A DNA stretch of 64,000 nucleotides from Spirochaetia bacterium. Its GTDB lineage: Bacteria > Spirochaetota > Spirochaetia > SZUA-6 > Bin103. Shown here in pieces: positions 1 through 10,221 of the stretch; positions within the stretch are counted from its first letter, which is position 1; each line of letters starts with the position of its first letter. A program made the position numbers and the translations under genes. The DNA lies in NCBI GenBank assembly GCA_965203905.1, contig CBDBDQ010000005.1:2368001-2432000 (forward strand). The letters run 5' to 3'. The notes under the pieces are model-generated. The model was not told where the DNA came from and did no database searches. It saw only the letters and a list, made by a program, of their open reading frames with translations.

Positions 1-334
1 TGCCATCGTGCTGGTGGACTACATCAATCAACTGCGGCGCCGCGGGATGGAACCGCGGGCGGCGATCCGGCAGGCGGCGGCGACCCGGGTGCGCCCGATC
101 CTGATGACCACCGCCACTACGGTGCTGGGGCTGGTACCCCTGGCCCTGCGCCTCGGCGAAGGCTGGGAGCTGCGCCAGCCGCTGGCGGTGACGGTGATCG
201 GCGGGTTGCTGTTCTCCACCTTGATCACGCTGGTCCTGGTGCCGACTCTTTACTCCCTGATTGGCGGTCACGGCGTGCGCCGTGAGACCGCTGAAGCGAC
301 CGCGAACGGCGCGGCGCTGGAGGTACGCCCATGA
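1..334 (+). CDS. RND efflux permease (AcrB/MdtB-like), C-terminal part, truncated by window edge
   Basis: RVRPILMTTATTVLGLVPLAL and PLAVTVIGGLLFSTLITLVLVP are typical RND TM11-12 motifs; stop overlaps next ATG (ATGA). Confidence 0.9.
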   Translation, partial: AIVLVDYINQLRRRGMEPRAAIRQAAATRVRPILMTTATTVLGLVPLALRLGEGWELRQPLAVTVIGGLLFSTLITLVLVPTLYSLIGGHGVRRETAEATANGAALEVRP

Positions 335-3300
335 CTTCTTTTGCCGAATTCTCGGTGCGGCGGCCGCTTGGCGTGATCCTGGTGATTGCCGCGATCTCCG
401 TGTTCGGGTTCTTCGCGATCGGCCGGCTTCCGCTGCTGTTTCTGCCGGAGATCGAGAGTCCGAACCTGAGCGTGACCGCGCCGTTCCCGAACTCCTCGCC
501 GGAAGAGGTGGGGCGGCGCGTGGCCACGCCGCTGGAGGGCGCCATCGGCGGCATGAGCGGGATCGAGTCGGTGAGCTCCACCTCCTCGGCCAGTTCGGCC
601 CGCGTACGCGCCCAGTTCGCGGTCGGCACCGACATGGACCTGGCGGCGGCGGAGATCCGTGACCGCATCGACCGTATCCGCGGCACGCTGCCGGACGGCG
701 TGGGCCGTATCCGCGTGTCCAATTTCTCCACCACCGATATCCCGATCCTGCAACTCAGCGTGAGCCTGGACGGCTCGCGCGCGGAGCTGGAACGCCTCAC
801 CGAGGACCTGATCGTGCCGCGGCTGCTGCGCCTGGACGGAGTCGCCGACGTGCAGGTGCGCGGCCTGCAGGACGAGCAGGTGATGATCGACGTCGATCCG
901 CAGGCGATGGCCTCCCTGGGAGTGGCGGTCGACGACCTGACCCGCAGCCTGCGCGCCAACAACGTGGACCTTGCCGGGGGCTACCTGATCGACGGCGGGC
1001 GCCGCTACTTCGTGCGCTCGGTGGGTTCGTTCACCGACCTGGAGGAGATCGCCTCGTTGCCGATCGCCGGTGCCGGCGGGGTGCGAATAGGCGACGTCGG
1101 GACAGTCCGCCGCGGCGTCGGCGACCAGGACAGCGTGCAGCGGCTCAACCTGGCCGAGGCGGTCACGGTGCGGGTGTTCAAGGGCAGCGACGCCAACGTG
1201 GTGAGCGTGGTCCGGGCCGCGCGCGGCCAGTTGGCGGAGATCGAAGCGGCGGAGCCGCGCCTGGCCACGTTCGTGTTCTTCGATCAGTCCGAGGAGATCA
1301 CCACCAGCCTCAACAACCTGCGCAACTCGGGGCTGATCGGTGCGGGTCTGGCGGTGCTGGTGCTGTTCGCGTTCCTGCTCAGGGTGCGCGCCACGCTGGT
1401 GGTGGCGATCGCCATCCCCATCTCCATCATCGCCACCTTCGCCGTGGTCTACCTGATGCGGCGCGTCGGCGGGCTCAATTTCTCGCTCAACATCATCTCG
1501 CTGAGCGGGCTGATGCTGGCGGTGGGCATGCTGGTGGACAACAGCGTCGTGGTGCTGGAGAACATCTACCGCTACCGGGAACGCGGCCTTGCGCCGCAGG
1601 CGGCGGCAATTCGCGGCGCCGGCGAGGTAACGACGCCGGTGCTGGCCGCGACCATCACCTCGATCATCGTGTTCGTACCGGTCCTGTTCAACGCGACCAG
1701 TGCGTTCGGCCGCTTCATGGGCGATTTCGCGACCACCATGGTAGCGGCGATGATCGCCTCCCTGGTGATCTCCCTCAGCCTGATTCCCGTGGTCAGCTCG
1801 CGCTTCCTGGTGGCAGCCGGCGCCGGGCGGCATCGCCTCATGGACGGGCTTGCGGCAGCCTACCGGGCACTGCTGCGCTGGACGCTGCAGCACCGGCTGA
1901 TCACGGTCGCCTGCATGCTGGCGGTGCTCGGCGGCGGCATCTACCTGCTCACCAAGATCGAACGCGAGTTCACGCCGCCCACGCCGTCGCGGCGCATGTC
2001 GATCGCGGTCACCGCCGAGAACGGAGTGACCTTCCAGGAAACCAGGCAGGTGTTCGACGCCTTCGAACGTGACCTGCTGGCGCGCACCGAGGAGCTGGAG
2101 ATCGACGCGGTGGCGGCCAACTTCTCCGCCCGCAGCGGCAACGTGACGGTGTACTTCCGCGACGACCAGTCCACGCAGCGCTCCACCAACGAGCTCACCA
2201 ACGAGATCCGCGCCATGCTGCCGCAACTGCCCGGATACAACTTCTCCGTGGGTCGACGCTGGGGCCGCGGCGGCGGCGGCGCGCTGGGCGTCTCGGTGGA
2301 CATAACGGGCCCGAACACCGAGGTGCTGGCGCTGTTTGCCGAGGACATCGGCGCCAGGCTGGGGGCCCTGCCCGGGGTCGAAGACGTAAGCACCAACCTG
2401 GAGTCGGGGGACGAGCAGCTTCAGGTGCGGGTCAACCGCGACCGCGCCACCGCCGCGGATCTGACTCCGACGGCGGTAGGTCAGCTCTTGAGCTCCAACC
2501 TGAGCGAGAGCAACGCCGGTACGCTGGCCGCCGGCGAGGACGAGCTGCCGATCCGGGTGCGCGTGAACGAGGCGGCGCGCGTCGACCTGAACGGACTCGC
2601 GCAGCTCCCCGTGGAGCAGGGCGCCGACGCGGTGCCGCTGGGTGCGCTGGCGACCTTCGAGCGCCAGCCGGGCCCGCGCTCCATCCAGCGCGACGGCGGC
2701 AGCGAGATCGTCTCCGTGACGGCCAACACCGACCTGCGCGGCATGTTCCGCCTGCGCGGCCAGATACAGGGCATGCTCAACCAGCAGCAGCTCCCACCCG
2801 GATACAGCGCGGAGGTAGGACAGAACTTCCGGCGCTTCCAGGAGTCGGAGCAGCAGTCGCTGCTCGCCCTGATCCTTGCCGCCGCCTTCATCTACCTGGT
2901 GATGGCGGCGCTGTTCGAGTCATTCGTGCATCCGATCACCATCCTCACCTCGCTGCCCTTCTCGCTGCTCGGCGTAACGGTGTTGTTCTATCTCACGGGA
3001 ACGACACTCAACACCAACTCCTGGCTCGGGATCATGGTGCTGGCGGGGGTCGTGGTGAACAACGGCATCATTCTGGTGGACCACATCAACCGCCTGCGCG
3101 CAGGCGGGATGGCGCGCACCGAGGCGATCATCACCGGCGGGCGCGACCGCCTGCGGCCGATCCTGATCACCGCCTGCACGACGCTGCTGGGGCTGTTCCC
3201 GCTGGTGGCGCCGCTGGTGGCGCCGGGGGTATTCGGCCCGGTGGAGGGTCGTGCCGGTATCTGGGGTCCGATCGCCCTGGCGGTCGTGGGTGGTCTGACC

Positions 3301-3444
3301 ACTTCCACCTTCATGACGCTGGTGGTGATGCCGACCATCTACTCACTGTTCGACGACTTGGCGGAATACCTGCGGCGCGTGACGCGGGCGATGCGTCCGG
3401 CGCCGCGCCAGCCGGCACAGCCTACCCCGGAGGGGGGAGGTTGA
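331..3444 (+). CDS. RND efflux permease subunit (AcrB/AcrD/AcrF family)
   Basis: 1037 aa; GMLVDNSVVVLENI (TM4), GVVVNNGIILVD, RLRPILIT motifs. Confidence 0.95.
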   Translation: MTSFAEFSVRRPLGVILVIAAISVFGFFAIGRLPLLFLPEIESPNLSVTAPFPNSSPEEVGRRVATPLEGAIGGMSGIESVSSTSSASSARVRAQFAVGTDMDLAAAEIRDRIDRIRGTLPDGVGRIRVSNFSTTDIPILQLSVSLDGSRAELERLTEDLIVPRLLRLDGVADVQVRGLQDEQVMIDVDPQAMASLGVAVDDLTRSLRANNVDLAGGYLIDGGRRYFVRSVGSFTDLEEIASLPIAGAGGVRIGDVGTVRRGVGDQDSVQRLNLAEAVTVRVFKGSDANVVSVVRAARGQLAEIEAAEPRLATFVFFDQSEEITTSLNNLRNSGLIGAGLAVLVLFAFLLRVRATLVVAIAIPISIIATFAVVYLMRRVGGLNFSLNIISLSGLMLAVGMLVDNSVVVLENIYRYRERGLAPQAAAIRGAGEVTTPVLAATITSIIVFVPVLFNATSAFGRFMGDFATTMVAAMIASLVISLSLIPVVSSRFLVAAGAGRHRLMDGLAAAYRALLRWTLQHRLITVACMLAVLGGGIYLLTKIEREFTPPTPSRRMSIAVTAENGVTFQETRQVFDAFERDLLARTEELEIDAVAANFSARSGNVTVYFRDDQSTQRSTNELTNEIRAMLPQLPGYNFSVGRRWGRGGGGALGVSVDITGPNTEVLALFAEDIGARLGALPGVEDVSTNLESGDEQLQVRVNRDRATAADLTPTAVGQLLSSNLSESNAGTLAAGEDELPIRVRVNEAARVDLNGLAQLPVEQGADAVPLGALATFERQPGPRSIQRDGGSEIVSVTANTDLRGMFRLRGQIQGMLNQQQLPPGYSAEVGQNFRRFQESEQQSLLALILAAAFIYLVMAALFESFVHPITILTSLPFSLLGVTVLFYLTGTTLNTNSWLGIMVLAGVVVNNGIILVDHINRLRAGGMARTEAIITGGRDRLRPILITACTTLLGLFPLVAPLVAPGVFGPVEGRAGIWGPIALAVVGGLTTSTFMTLVVMPTIYSLFDDLAEYLRRVTRAMRPAPRQPAQPTPEGGG

Positions 3445-3517
3445 GGTGCGGCGGCACGAACCGCCGCTACGGCGCAATGGCAGTGCGTTTGGAGTGAGTC
3501 GACAAACAGGAGGCGGG

Positions 3518-5347
3518 ATGGTGAGACGACTGGCGCTGGCCGGGTTGTTGTCGCTGACGGTGGCGCTCGGTGGCTGCGACGTGGTGAACAACATCCTGGG
3601 CCGCTCCGGGGGCCAGACGGCCGGTGCGGGGGGAGGCTTCGGTGGTGGTGGCTTCGGCGGCGGCTTCGGCGGGCAGGCCGCCGCGCTTCCCGTGGTGACC
3701 GCGGACGTGGTGCGGCAAACGGTATCCAGCTTTCTCGTGGCCACCACGACCCTGAGCGCGGAGCGATCGCTCGACGTGGTGGCACGCGCCGGCGGCGAGG
3801 TGGTCGAGGTGCTGGTGGAAGAGGGCGACGCCGTGCGCGAGGGGCAGCTGCTGGCACAGTTGGACCCGAGTGACGCGCGGCTGGCGCTGGCCGAGGCGCA
3901 GGCGCACTATGACAACCTCCAGCGCGAGTACAACCGCACCGTCGAGCTGGCCGAGCACGGCGGGGTCACCGATCAGGAGCTGGAGAACCAGCGCTACCAG
4001 GTCGAGTTGCGCACGATCGCCCTGGAGCGTTCCCGGCAGCAACTGACCGATACCGAGATCCGTTCGCCGATCACCGGCATCGTCGGCGCGCGCTCCGTGG
4101 AGGCGGGCGCGACCATTTCGGCCAACACCCGCGTGTTCCACGTGCTCGATCCCGATCCGCTGCTGGCGGTGATCCACATCCCGGACGCCAGTCGGCAGAG
4201 CCTGCGCGCGGGGCAGAGAGTGCAGATTCAGGCCGCCGGCGGAGTCCAGGCGACCGGGGTGATCGATCGCATCAGTCCGGTGGTCGATGCGGAGTCGGGC
4301 ACGGTAAAGGTCACGGTGGAGCTGGATGCGGCCGGCACGGACGCCGGCATGCTGGTGCCCGGATCGTTCGTCACGGTCCAGGTGCCGACCGAGACCCGCC
4401 CCGATGCCGTGGTGGTGCCCAAGCGTGCGATCCTCCTGGAGCGGGACCAGAGCATCGTCTACCGCGTGCAGGAGGGGGTGGCAGTGCGCACGCCGGTGGC
4501 GGTGGGGCTGTCGGCGCAGGACCTGGTGGAGATCACCAGCGGCCTGAGCGTCGGCGACGCGGTGGTGACGGTCGGACACGAGTCGTTGCGCGACGGCGCT
4601 CCGGTGCGCGCTGCCGGCGAGCCGCTGCCGGAGTCGGCCACGGCCGGCGCTCCGGCCGGCGGGCCGGGCGGCGGCGGCGGCGGTTTCGATCTGGCGCAGC
4701 TACCGGCGGAACGCCGCGACGCGTTGTTCGAGCGGTTGCTCCAGAATGCCGAGTTCAAGAAGGCATACGACGCCAAGCTGCAGGAAGACCCGGCACTGGA
4801 GAGGGACGAGGACAAGAAGCTGGCGTTCTTCCAGGAGCAGATCGCCGCGATGGGCGGTATGCGGGCGATATTCGCCGGCGGCGCCGGAGGCGGAGCGCGC
4901 CAGGGAGCTGCGGGCGCTGCTGGCGGCGGGCCGGGCGGTGGCGCCGCGGCTGGCGCCGGTGGTCAAGCTGGCGGCGGTACGCAGGGTGGCGGCGCCGACC
5001 AGGCGGCTGCCGGTGCAGCGGCCGGGCAGGCCGCTGCGGGCGCGGGGGGCGGCGGAGCGCGCGCCGGCGGTGGCGGCGGCCAGGGCGGATTCGCCGGTGG
5101 TGGCCCGGGTGGCGGCGGCTTCAGCCTGGCGAACCTGCCCGAGGAGCGCCGCGAGAGGTTGATAGCGCGCCTGCTGCAGAACGAGGAAGTGAAGAAGGCC
5201 TACGACGCGAAACTGAAGGAAGATCCGGCGCTGGAGAACGACGAGCCACGGCGGCTGCAGTTCCTGCAGGAGCAGCTCCAGGCGATCGGTGGCCCGCGCG
5301 CGCTGTTCGGCGGCGGCGGTGGCGGCGGCGGTGGCTTCGGCGGCTGA
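3518..5347 (+). CDS. RND periplasmic adaptor (MFP) lipoprotein with Gly-rich, internally duplicated C-terminal extension
   Basis: AGGAGG then ATG 3518; lipobox LGGC; VEEGDAVREGQLLAQLD and IRSPITGIV lipoyl half-motifs. Confidence 0.9.
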   Translation: MVRRLALAGLLSLTVALGGCDVVNNILGRSGGQTAGAGGGFGGGGFGGGFGGQAAALPVVTADVVRQTVSSFLVATTTLSAERSLDVVARAGGEVVEVLVEEGDAVREGQLLAQLDPSDARLALAEAQAHYDNLQREYNRTVELAEHGGVTDQELENQRYQVELRTIALERSRQQLTDTEIRSPITGIVGARSVEAGATISANTRVFHVLDPDPLLAVIHIPDASRQSLRAGQRVQIQAAGGVQATGVIDRISPVVDAESGTVKVTVELDAAGTDAGMLVPGSFVTVQVPTETRPDAVVVPKRAILLERDQSIVYRVQEGVAVRTPVAVGLSAQDLVEITSGLSVGDAVVTVGHESLRDGAPVRAAGEPLPESATAGAPAGGPGGGGGGFDLAQLPAERRDALFERLLQNAEFKKAYDAKLQEDPALERDEDKKLAFFQEQIAAMGGMRAIFAGGAGGGARQGAAGAAGGGPGGGAAAGAGGQAGGGTQGGGADQAAAGAAAGQAAAGAGGGGARAGGGGGQGGFAGGGPGGGGFSLANLPEERRERLIARLLQNEEVKKAYDAKLKEDPALENDEPRRLQFLQEQLQAIGGPRALFGGGGGGGGGFGG

Positions 5348-5366
5348 CGCCCGTCCGGCCTCCGCG

Positions 5367-6092
5367 GTGGAGGAGGCAGCCGATCCGGATGCCGCCGCGG
5401 CCCGCGTCCTGGTGGTAGAGGATGACGCTGCCATCGCGGAGCTGATCGAACTGTATCTGCACAAGGAGGGGCTGGAGAGCACCTGCGTCGCTTCGGCCGA
5501 GGAGGCGGAGAGCACCCTGCGCCGGATGGTTTGCCACTTGGTGATCCTGGACATCAACCTGCCCGGTCGCGACGGCTTTCAGTTCCTGACGCAGTTTCGC
5601 GCGCGCCACTCTACCCCGGTGATCATCGTGTCGGCGCGCGACTCCGACGAGGACAAGGTGCTCGGCCTCGGGGTCGGTGCGGACGACTTCGTCACCAAGC
5701 CGTTTTCGCCGCGCGTGCTGTTGGCGCGAGTGCGGACCAACCTCCGCTACCTGCAGCGCGGGCCGGCGCCATCGGTACGGGCGGTTCGCTTCGGTGACTA
5801 CCTCATCCACCTGAACGAGTACACCGTCACCCGCGACGGCAGCCGCGTGACGCTGGCTCCCAAGGAGTTCGATCTGCTTGCCTACCTGGTGAGCAACGCC
5901 GGGCGCGCCTTCAGGCCGCAGGAGCTGTACGCGCGCGTGTGGGGCAACCGCTTCGGCGACCTGTCCACGGTCACCGTGCACGTGCAGCGGTTGCGCAAGA
6001 AGCTGCACCGTCCGGGAACGGCACCGCTGATCGAGACCGTCCCACGGGTCGGCTACCGCGCCTCTTCCGCCGTCGTGAGCTTCGAGACGTGA
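5367..6092 (+). CDS. OmpR/PhoB-family response regulator (start uncertain)
   Basis: VLVVEDD, LVILDINLPG, GADDFVTKPF, winged-helix TVTVHVQRLRKKL...IETV. Confidence 0.92.
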   Translation: MEEAADPDAAAARVLVVEDDAAIAELIELYLHKEGLESTCVASAEEAESTLRRMVCHLVILDINLPGRDGFQFLTQFRARHSTPVIIVSARDSDEDKVLGLGVGADDFVTKPFSPRVLLARVRTNLRYLQRGPAPSVRAVRFGDYLIHLNEYTVTRDGSRVTLAPKEFDLLAYLVSNAGRAFRPQELYARVWGNRFGDLSTVTVHVQRLRKKLHRPGTAPLIETVPRVGYRASSAVVSFET

Positions 6093-7456
6093 CGATCAGA
6101 ACCAGGCTCGCGCTGCTGGTCGTGGCGGTGGTGTGCGTGCCGGTAGGGGTGGTGGGTCTGCTCAGCTATATCGACTCCCGCTCGCTCAGCGACCGTGAGG
6201 AGGCCCGAATTGCGGCGTTTCATACCGTGCATACCTGGCTGGCGGAGGAGGTTGCACCGAGCTGGGCGCAGGTTCGCACCCTGGAGCCGCCGGCCGGTCA
6301 CCAGGCCATCGTGGTGGATGCCGGCAGCGTAGTGCTGGTCTCGTCCGTAGCCGACGTGGCAGCCGGCCAACGGGTCGACAGGGGCACGCTGGCGGCGCGG
6401 TTCCCGCCACCCGAGCATCGGATTCTGGAGTTCCCGATTTTCGCCGACGGCGCCCTCGTAGGCGCCGCGTTCGAGGTGCGGCCGCGCCCGAGCCCCTGGT
6501 GGCTGCGCTGGCGCTGGCTGCTGGACAGCGGCCGTTACGGGTTGGCCACCCTCATCGTCATCGGCGTCGCCATGGTGTGGTGGCTGGCCCACGCGCTGCG
6601 CCGCTCGCTGGGCGATCTGGACCGTGCCTCACAGCGCATCGCCGCCGGCGACCTGAACTTCCAACTGCGTGCCGAGGGCCGTGACGAGGTGGCCGCGGTG
6701 GCGCGCTCGTTCGACCGCATGCGGCGCGCGCTGATCGAGGAACGGCGCATGCTGCGTGCCGAGCGGGAGCGCAAGCGCAGTTTCCTGATGGCCGTATCGC
6801 ACGATCTGCGGACGCCCCTGACCAGCATCAAGGGCTACCTGGAGGCGCTGCAGGACGGCATGGCGGGCGACCGCGGGGCGGAGCTGCGCTACCTGCGCAT
6901 CGCCCGCGATCGGGCGGATTTGCTGGAGAACAGGATCGCGGATCTCAACGAGTTGTTGCGCATGGAGACCGGCGAGTGGCGGACGCAGCGCGAGCCGCGC
7001 AGCCTGACGGGAATCCTCGGCGGCCTGGCAGCCGACTATCGCGAAGACGCACTGCTGCTCGGACGCCGATTCGAGGTGGCCATCGACCTGCCGGACTATC
7101 TGGTCGTGGACGCTGACTGGAGTCTGTTCACGCGCGTTACCGACAACCTGATGGAGAACGCGCTGCAATACACTCGCAACGGCGACCGTATCCGGTTCAC
7201 GGCGCTGCAGCATAACGGCGCCGTCGAAGTCGCGGTCCGGGACAGCGGCCCCGGCATTCCGGCAGAGCAGTTGGCACACATCTTCGACCCGTTCTTCCGT
7301 GGCGCCGCCGATCGCCGCGAGCCGGGCAACGGCCTGGGACTGGCGGTGGCCCGCTCCATCGTCGAGGCGCACGGTTGGAAGATCAGTGCCGCCGCCGGCA
7401 ACGGCGGCGGAGCATGCTTCACGATCCATATCCCCGTCACACAGCGTACGCCCTGA
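6089..7456 (+). CDS. HAMP-domain sensor histidine kinase
   Basis: GTGA overlap with regulator; two TM segments; H-box VSHDLRTPLTSI, N-box NLMENALQY, DSGPG, GLGL. Confidence 0.93.
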   Translation: MTIRTRLALLVVAVVCVPVGVVGLLSYIDSRSLSDREEARIAAFHTVHTWLAEEVAPSWAQVRTLEPPAGHQAIVVDAGSVVLVSSVADVAAGQRVDRGTLAARFPPPEHRILEFPIFADGALVGAAFEVRPRPSPWWLRWRWLLDSGRYGLATLIVIGVAMVWWLAHALRRSLGDLDRASQRIAAGDLNFQLRAEGRDEVAAVARSFDRMRRALIEERRMLRAERERKRSFLMAVSHDLRTPLTSIKGYLEALQDGMAGDRGAELRYLRIARDRADLLENRIADLNELLRMETGEWRTQREPRSLTGILGGLAADYREDALLLGRRFEVAIDLPDYLVVDADWSLFTRVTDNLMENALQYTRNGDRIRFTALQHNGAVEVAVRDSGPGIPAEQLAHIFDPFFRGAADRREPGNGLGLAVARSIVEAHGWKISAAAGNGGGACFTIHIPVTQRTP

Positions 7457-7463
7457 CCAGGCG

Positions 7464-8903
7464 TCAACGCACGATGGCGGTCAGTTGCTGCTGCAGGTCC
7501 AGGCCGAGGTCGCCGGCGAGCGACAGGTAGGCGCTTCCCAGGGTCAGCGCGGCCGCGTGTGCACCAGCCTCCGCCTCGCGGAGCTGTACGGCTGCTTCCT
7601 CCAGCGCCGAATCGCTGATCGCACCGGCATCGTGGCGTCGCACTGCGCGCTCCAACTGCAGGTCAGCGCGCTCCAACCGCAGCGTGGCCAGTTCTTCCGC
7701 GGCCAGCGCGGAACTCAGCTCCAGCCGCGCTCGTTCGAAGCCGCGCTCTACACTGGTACGGGTGGTGGTCAGACTGCGCCGGGCCGTGGCCGCCTGCTCC
7801 CGTGCCTGCTCGCTCGCAAGCGCCCGGCGGTCGCTGTCGTAGAGCGGGTAACTGCCGGTGATCGACAGGCTGAGCGAACCGGGTCGCGAAGCCGAGCGCG
7901 ATTTGCGGTAGTCGAGGCTGACTGAGAGTTCCGGCAGCAGCCCGGCCTGGGCGCGCTCGGCGCGCAGTTCGGCGCTGGCCAGCGCAGCCTCCGCCTCCAA
8001 TACTTCCAGGGCGCTGCCGATCGCACCCGGCGGAGCCGGCTCCGCGAGCAGCGCCCCGGCGTTCCGGCGCAGAGCGTCGAGGTCGGCTTCCGGAACCGTC
8101 AGCGGCCCCGGCGTCAGATCGAGATCGGCGAAGAACTCGGCCCGATCAAGGTTGAGGACGGCACGCTGTTCGGCAGTCGCATTGCGCTGCTCGGCAACGG
8201 TGATCGTCGCATCGATCAAGTCGAGCCGGTCGGCCGCCTGCCGCTCCACCCGCGACCGGGTGTGCGCCAGGTCACGCTCGGCGAACGCCAGGCGCTGCTC
8301 CGCCAACGCCAGAGCAACCTGGCGTGAGGTCAACGACAGGAAGGTGCGTGCAACGTGCAACACCACGTCATTGCGCGCGCGCCACAGGCGCAGACGCGCC
8401 AGGCGAAGCTGATCATCGCGCTCAGACAGTGCCAGCGCGGACGCGGAAAGCCCCGCCGGCGGAAGCAGGCCCTGGGAAACCGACAGACTGTGGGTGTCGG
8501 TCAGGCTGTCGGCGACCGGCTCCGGGCCATCGAGGTCGACTTCGCCGGTGTAGCTGCCGGTGATCTCCATGCCCCACGGAAAGCCTATGGCAGCAGAGAT
8601 CGTACCCCCGGCACCGAAACTGAGGGTGTCGGCGACGTCGCTGGCCGTGCCACTCTGAAGCGGAGCCAGGTCGACGCTTGCCGCCGGAGTGGCACTCAGC
8701 GTGACGGCAACGCCGCCGTGGTCGATCTCGGCAAGGCGCAGGGCGATCGCGGCCGATCGCGCACCTGCGTCCGCCTCCACCACGGAGCGGTGCACGGCGA
8801 GGCCTGCGGCAACTGCGTCGCCGATGCGCAGCGCCTCCTGTGCGTGCGCCGACAGCGCCGCGGTCAGGCCGAGCAGGATCGGCAACCAGCGACCGGCGGT
8901 CAC
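7464..8903 (-). CDS. TolC-family outer membrane efflux protein
   Basis: Signal peptide, long coiled-coil helices, LLPELSVS...YPLYD beta segment; convergent on RND operon. Confidence 0.75.
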   Translation of the reverse strand: MTAGRWLPILLGLTAALSAHAQEALRIGDAVAAGLAVHRSVVEADAGARSAAIALRLAEIDHGGVAVTLSATPAASVDLAPLQSGTASDVADTLSFGAGGTISAAIGFPWGMEITGSYTGEVDLDGPEPVADSLTDTHSLSVSQGLLPPAGLSASALALSERDDQLRLARLRLWRARNDVVLHVARTFLSLTSRQVALALAEQRLAFAERDLAHTRSRVERQAADRLDLIDATITVAEQRNATAEQRAVLNLDRAEFFADLDLTPGPLTVPEADLDALRRNAGALLAEPAPPGAIGSALEVLEAEAALASAELRAERAQAGLLPELSVSLDYRKSRSASRPGSLSLSITGSYPLYDSDRRALASEQAREQAATARRSLTTTRTSVERGFERARLELSSALAAEELATLRLERADLQLERAVRRHDAGAISDSALEEAAVQLREAEAGAHAAALTLGSAYLSLAGDLGLDLQQQLTAIVR

Positions 8904-9952
8904 TCCATCCCCGGCAGCTCGAGGCCGGCTGCATCCTGGAGCCGCACCCAGGCGAACCAGGCCGACCAGCGCGCCGCGCGCAGGGTATTGACCGCCGCAA
9001 CCAGGTCCGCCTGCGAGCCGTCGAGGTCGGACCGGGTAACCATGCCGGCGTCGAATTGCTCCCCGGTGCGACGCGTCCGTTCCGCCTGCAGTGCAAGTTG
9101 CAGCTCGCGCAACGTCACCGTGCCGTAGGCCTGCTGCGCGGTTGCGAAGGCGCTGGCGGTTGCGGTCTGCAAGTCCAGTCCGGTGTTTTCCAGCGCCGCC
9201 TGGCTGCTCTCCACGGTGTTGGTCGCCGTCTCCAGATCGAGCCGCGAGGTTTCCTCCGCGGAGAGCAGATCCAGGTTGATCTGGTCGACTTCCAGTTGCT
9301 GCGCGGCGTGGCGGTGCTCCGCGCGCCGCGCGGTGGCGGCGGAGTAGCTGTCCGGCGTGCCCAGCTCCGGCAGCCCCGGCGGCTCCGAGGCGAGCACCGC
9401 CGCGTCCAGAGCCGCGAACGCCAGGCCGCTCTTCTCCACCAGGTTCGGCAGCGTGTTGAAGCGCCTCTGGTTACGAGCGCTCGCCAGGTTCAGTTCGGCG
9501 GTGAGCGCTGCCACCTGTGACTGCAACTGCTGCGTGGCGCCGGTGGCGCCTACCTCCACCCGCGCGTTCGTCAATTCCAGGTCGAGCTGTGCCAGTCGCA
9601 GTCGTTCTTCCAGCAGGGTGAGGTCTTCGTTCGCCTGCTGCAGATCCACGTAGGCTTGCGCGATGGCCAGCAGTTCGCGGACCGTCCCCTGACGGACGTT
9701 GAGTTGTGCCCGCTCCCATTGCAGTGTCGCCACCATCTGGTCCAGGCGCGCATCCGAGGCTGCCGAGGCACGGTCGAACGCGACGCGCGCATTTTCCTGT
9801 TGCAGCGCCAGAGACTCCAGTTCCGGGTTGGCCGTCTGCGCCGCGGTCAGGACCTGTGACAGCGTCAGCGTATCGGTCTGCTGCTGCGCCACTGACGGCA
9901 GCGTGATCGCCAGCAGAAGGGCGATGGCGGACAGGGCGATGCGAGTGTTCAT
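8900..9952 (-). CDS. TolC-family outer membrane efflux protein (short type)
   Basis: GGAGGAG RBS before ATG 9952; signal peptide; TLTLSQVLTAAQTANPEL and QFDAGMVTRSDL repeats typical of OEP domains. Confidence 0.75.
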   Translation of the reverse strand: MNTRIALSAIALLLAITLPSVAQQQTDTLTLSQVLTAAQTANPELESLALQQENARVAFDRASAASDARLDQMVATLQWERAQLNVRQGTVRELLAIAQAYVDLQQANEDLTLLEERLRLAQLDLELTNARVEVGATGATQQLQSQVAALTAELNLASARNQRRFNTLPNLVEKSGLAFAALDAAVLASEPPGLPELGTPDSYSAATARRAEHRHAAQQLEVDQINLDLLSAEETSRLDLETATNTVESSQAALENTGLDLQTATASAFATAQQAYGTVTLRELQLALQAERTRRTGEQFDAGMVTRSDLDGSQADLVAAVNTLRAARWSAWFAWVRLQDAAGLELPGME

Positions 9953-10169
9953 GTAATCTCCTCCGATAGGGAACTCCAGAGGATCTCCCGCGGACGGCGG
10001 CAGGAGCGGTCGATGCCGCGACGGCCCCGCCCGCCACGGCAGGTCCCCTGGCGCTGCGTGGGGTTGTCGGTGTGTGCCGTTCGCAAGTATACCGGCTGGA
10101 CTGGGCGGCACCGTTACGAATCCGATCAATTCTCGGTAAACGTGCGCCGCCCTTCGGCAGGCCCAATGC

Positions 10170-10196
10170 AAAGAGCCCCGCGTGAGGCGGGGCTCT
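10170..10196 (-). terminator. Hairpin terminator downstream of Hsp20 copy 1
   Basis: AGAGCCCCGC-gtgag-GCGGGGCTCT stem-loop, short U tract on minus strand. Confidence 0.6.
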
Positions 10197-10221
10197 CTGT
10201 CGGACAGCGGTGGCCGCTGTG

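Noticed and set aside
4880-5120. GGC-rich low-complexity DNA as a tandem repeat element
   Set aside because: Encodes the in-frame Gly/Ala linker of the MFP
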